Below are positions 61,847 to 64,000 of a stretch of DNA of 64,000 nucleotides, in pieces. Position 1 is the first letter of the stretch, and every line of letters begins with the position of its first letter. The notes beneath the pieces were generated by a model. It did not search any database, was not told where the DNA came from, and worked only from the letters and a program-made list of their open reading frames with translations. Source of the stretch: Perkinsus chesapeaki ATCC PRA-425. Lineage: Eukaryota; Protista; Perkinsozoa. The translations under genes and the position numbers were made by a program. The DNA is taken from assembly GCA_013115145.1 (NCBI GenBank), contig JAAPAO010000101.1, forward strand, positions 1 through 64,000. The letters are read 5' to 3'.

Positions 61847-63414
61847 GATTTGGGCTGCTCCTGTAACCAAGACTTCGCGTATTTTTCGTCCCTTGCCTTT
61901 TGGTGAGTTCGCAGGAGATCTTGGAGCACTTTTCCCTTCTATCATGAAGCCTCTAACACGGCACCACATAAGATACTCAATCTTGTAGCCAATTGGGTAC
62001 CACGCGTTGTACTGTTCACGAATGTTGTGCTGAGTCTATAAATATCTCAAATCTCAAATGTCACGCTTTACACTGTTACTCTTCATTGCACGCACCCATT
62101 TTTACCATTACTTGCTAATAAACCAAGAAGGATAATACGAGGGCAGATATGGCGTTAATGGGGTGTCCGAGTACTAAGGACCTTGGTTACCACAGGAGGC
62201 AACTTCGGTAAGCATACACGGTTTAATATGGCACAGTTGGGAAATGCGCAAGTATCCAATGTACGATACCACGCGAGCGTTAAAGTGCCTTAAGATTATT
62301 AGTCTCAGCAATCAAAACAAATAGAAAGCGGTCACAAGCGAGAGTAAATCTCACTACTACCAAAAGGAAGTGTCATCACGGTACTCGACAGCAACAATAT
62401 AGCTGTAGCAACCCAAATCATAGCTCAGACTCTACATGAGAGAAACAGCAACAAGATAACAGCCACCGAAGTGACTCGAGATCTCAGAGCTGGAGGCCTA
62501 GATGGTTTCCCAAGGTGTCTGGACCGTTAGGCTGACAAGAGCAGCCACGGCAATTAGCCTTGGAGAGGCACAGAGGAATATTGCGCAAGTATGACTCGAT
62601 CACCACCAACAACGACAGCGTCTAACCGGCGTTGTGAATCGAATAACCTATTAAAAATAGGAAGAGACACATGGTGGTGGACTTAAGGCTCACGCAAGCG
62701 CAAGAGCGTCGACAAGACGTCGATGATGCCCAAAGCGCAATCACTCTACCGGTAGAGCCGACCGCAAAGCCACCAAAGCACCTTTAAAAAGGACGCAATG
62801 CGGCAAAGCAGGCTCAACCGAAGATCAATATAGATGGTGCATCAGACTGACGTGCAAAAGTCTCATCAAGAATCAGGGACTTGGGTATAGCGATATTTTT
62901 AATCATCACATGCAGCTGCAATAAGAATCAAACGTCAGAGAGATACGCAGTTCAACCCCACATAGAAGTCGGAAGACATGGGTTAGCAATAAGCGTTAAA
63001 TCATCATTCATCTGGCATTTTGATGCCTCAGCGAAATCCGCTAATATTTCTCTCCACGGAAGCTCACGAGGAGCCCGGTTTCAGAGTGTGTAACAAAGAT
63101 GGCTCATCAAAGACATTGCACTTCTTACTGGGTCAGATCTGTTGAGCTTGACATAATAGATTAAGGTATCCCCACGGCTGAGTAAGATCAGCGGGAAAAT
63201 CTAATCATCATTCCCAGAAGGCATTAACATTCAGTGGAAGTTGACGTTCTTTAAGTGTCAACAGCGGGAAATGTGAATCGATTAGGCAATCGATTTAGAC
63301 GTTTTTAGCTAATAGGCGGAGCGTTGCGTTGCACGGGCTACGATTTCGTCGTGCAAGGAGCGCTCGCCTACAAAGCAGAATCGTCGTCACTCTTTGAACT
63401 GTCTTTGCTTGATT

Positions 63415-64000
63415 ATGGCGCTCCTCATTGTGGCTCAAGACACAGCCCATAGTACCGCCTACATCGATGATGTATTCTCAGAGCTCGCCGGTCACATGGA
63501 CCTCGACGGTCTGAAGTATTTAGTGTGGGAGTTTGTCGGTCTGCGTAAGCCCTGTGGGCTGAAAGTCGCCGGTAGGGAGCCCAGCGGTATTTACTCAATT
63601 GTTGGCAGTTGTGGGGATGACATTATCGGACTGAGGCAGTGCCGAACCTCGGGGAAGTCCCAGATAGTGGCGCTCAGGGAAGGCGACTTGGCTGGAGCAG
63701 GAAAGCTCATATTGGAGTCGGAATCCTGGCTTACCGATGCCTGGCAGTCATCCCTGTGTACGGATGGTGATGAGAAGATATATCATGTCGATAACACGGA
63801 TAAAGTGTATGAGATCAACAACACCGATGTCAGCGGGGAAATGCGCGTGCTGAAGACAGACGTCCCCGAGTCGGCACTGCTCTACAGGACTCGTTTGATC
63901 GATTCAACTCTCTATGTTGGGTGCGCTGGTGCCAGTCGTATAAGTAGAGTACTTTGCACGGTTGATCTCGCATCTGGGAAATTCGATACTGTAAAATGCA
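63415..64000 (+). CDS. Hypothetical protein, partial (open to the window end); not in the ORF track
   Basis: ATG 63415 opens MALLIVAQDTAH...DLDGLKYLVWEFVG... with no stop for 195 codons; beta-strand-rich, possibly the same broad class as 7693-10355. Confidence 0.7.
   Translation, partial: MALLIVAQDTAHSTAYIDDVFSELAGHMDLDGLKYLVWEFVGLRKPCGLKVAGREPSGIYSIVGSCGDDIIGLRQCRTSGKSQIVALREGDLAGAGKLILESESWLTDAWQSSLCTDGDEKIYHVDNTDKVYEINNTDVSGEMRVLKTDVPESALLYRTRLIDSTLYVGCAGASRISRVLCTVDLASGKFDTVKC

Noticed and set aside
61843-63230. Possible minus-strand spliced gene whose stop might overlap the stop of synthase gene 2 in a TTAA
   Set aside because: Several GT-AG-bounded segments exist, but I could not fix the reading frame of the last exon, so the overlap is unsupported.

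Overview
Eukaryotic, intron-rich genomic DNA with many short (about 40-60 nt) GT-AG introns and one 99-N scaffold gap. The gene families and architecture suggest a perkinsid alveolate (Perkinsus-like); this is an inference, not a database result. Well-supported content: a disrupted pepsin-type aspartyl protease, a tandem pair of intronless F-box-like/beta-propeller-like paralogs, a multi-exon PhyH-like dioxygenase, a PH-domain gene, two intronless Spinster-type MFS transporters, PEX16-like, PEX12, GET4-like, a stand-alone DUF4392 (glutamate-cyclase-domain) gene, a TFIIIC subunit-6-like gene, a giant multi-module membrane protein, and two tandem sphingomyelin/IPC-synthase-like genes. The most notable structure is that the first synthase gene carries complete tRNA-Ser(CGA) and tRNA-Val(AAC) genes antisense inside two introns, while the homologous introns of its tandem paralog are tiny and tRNA-free. 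No CRISPR array, rRNA or autonomous transposon was recognised. Exon structures were reconstructed by eye, and the outer gene boundaries are approximate.
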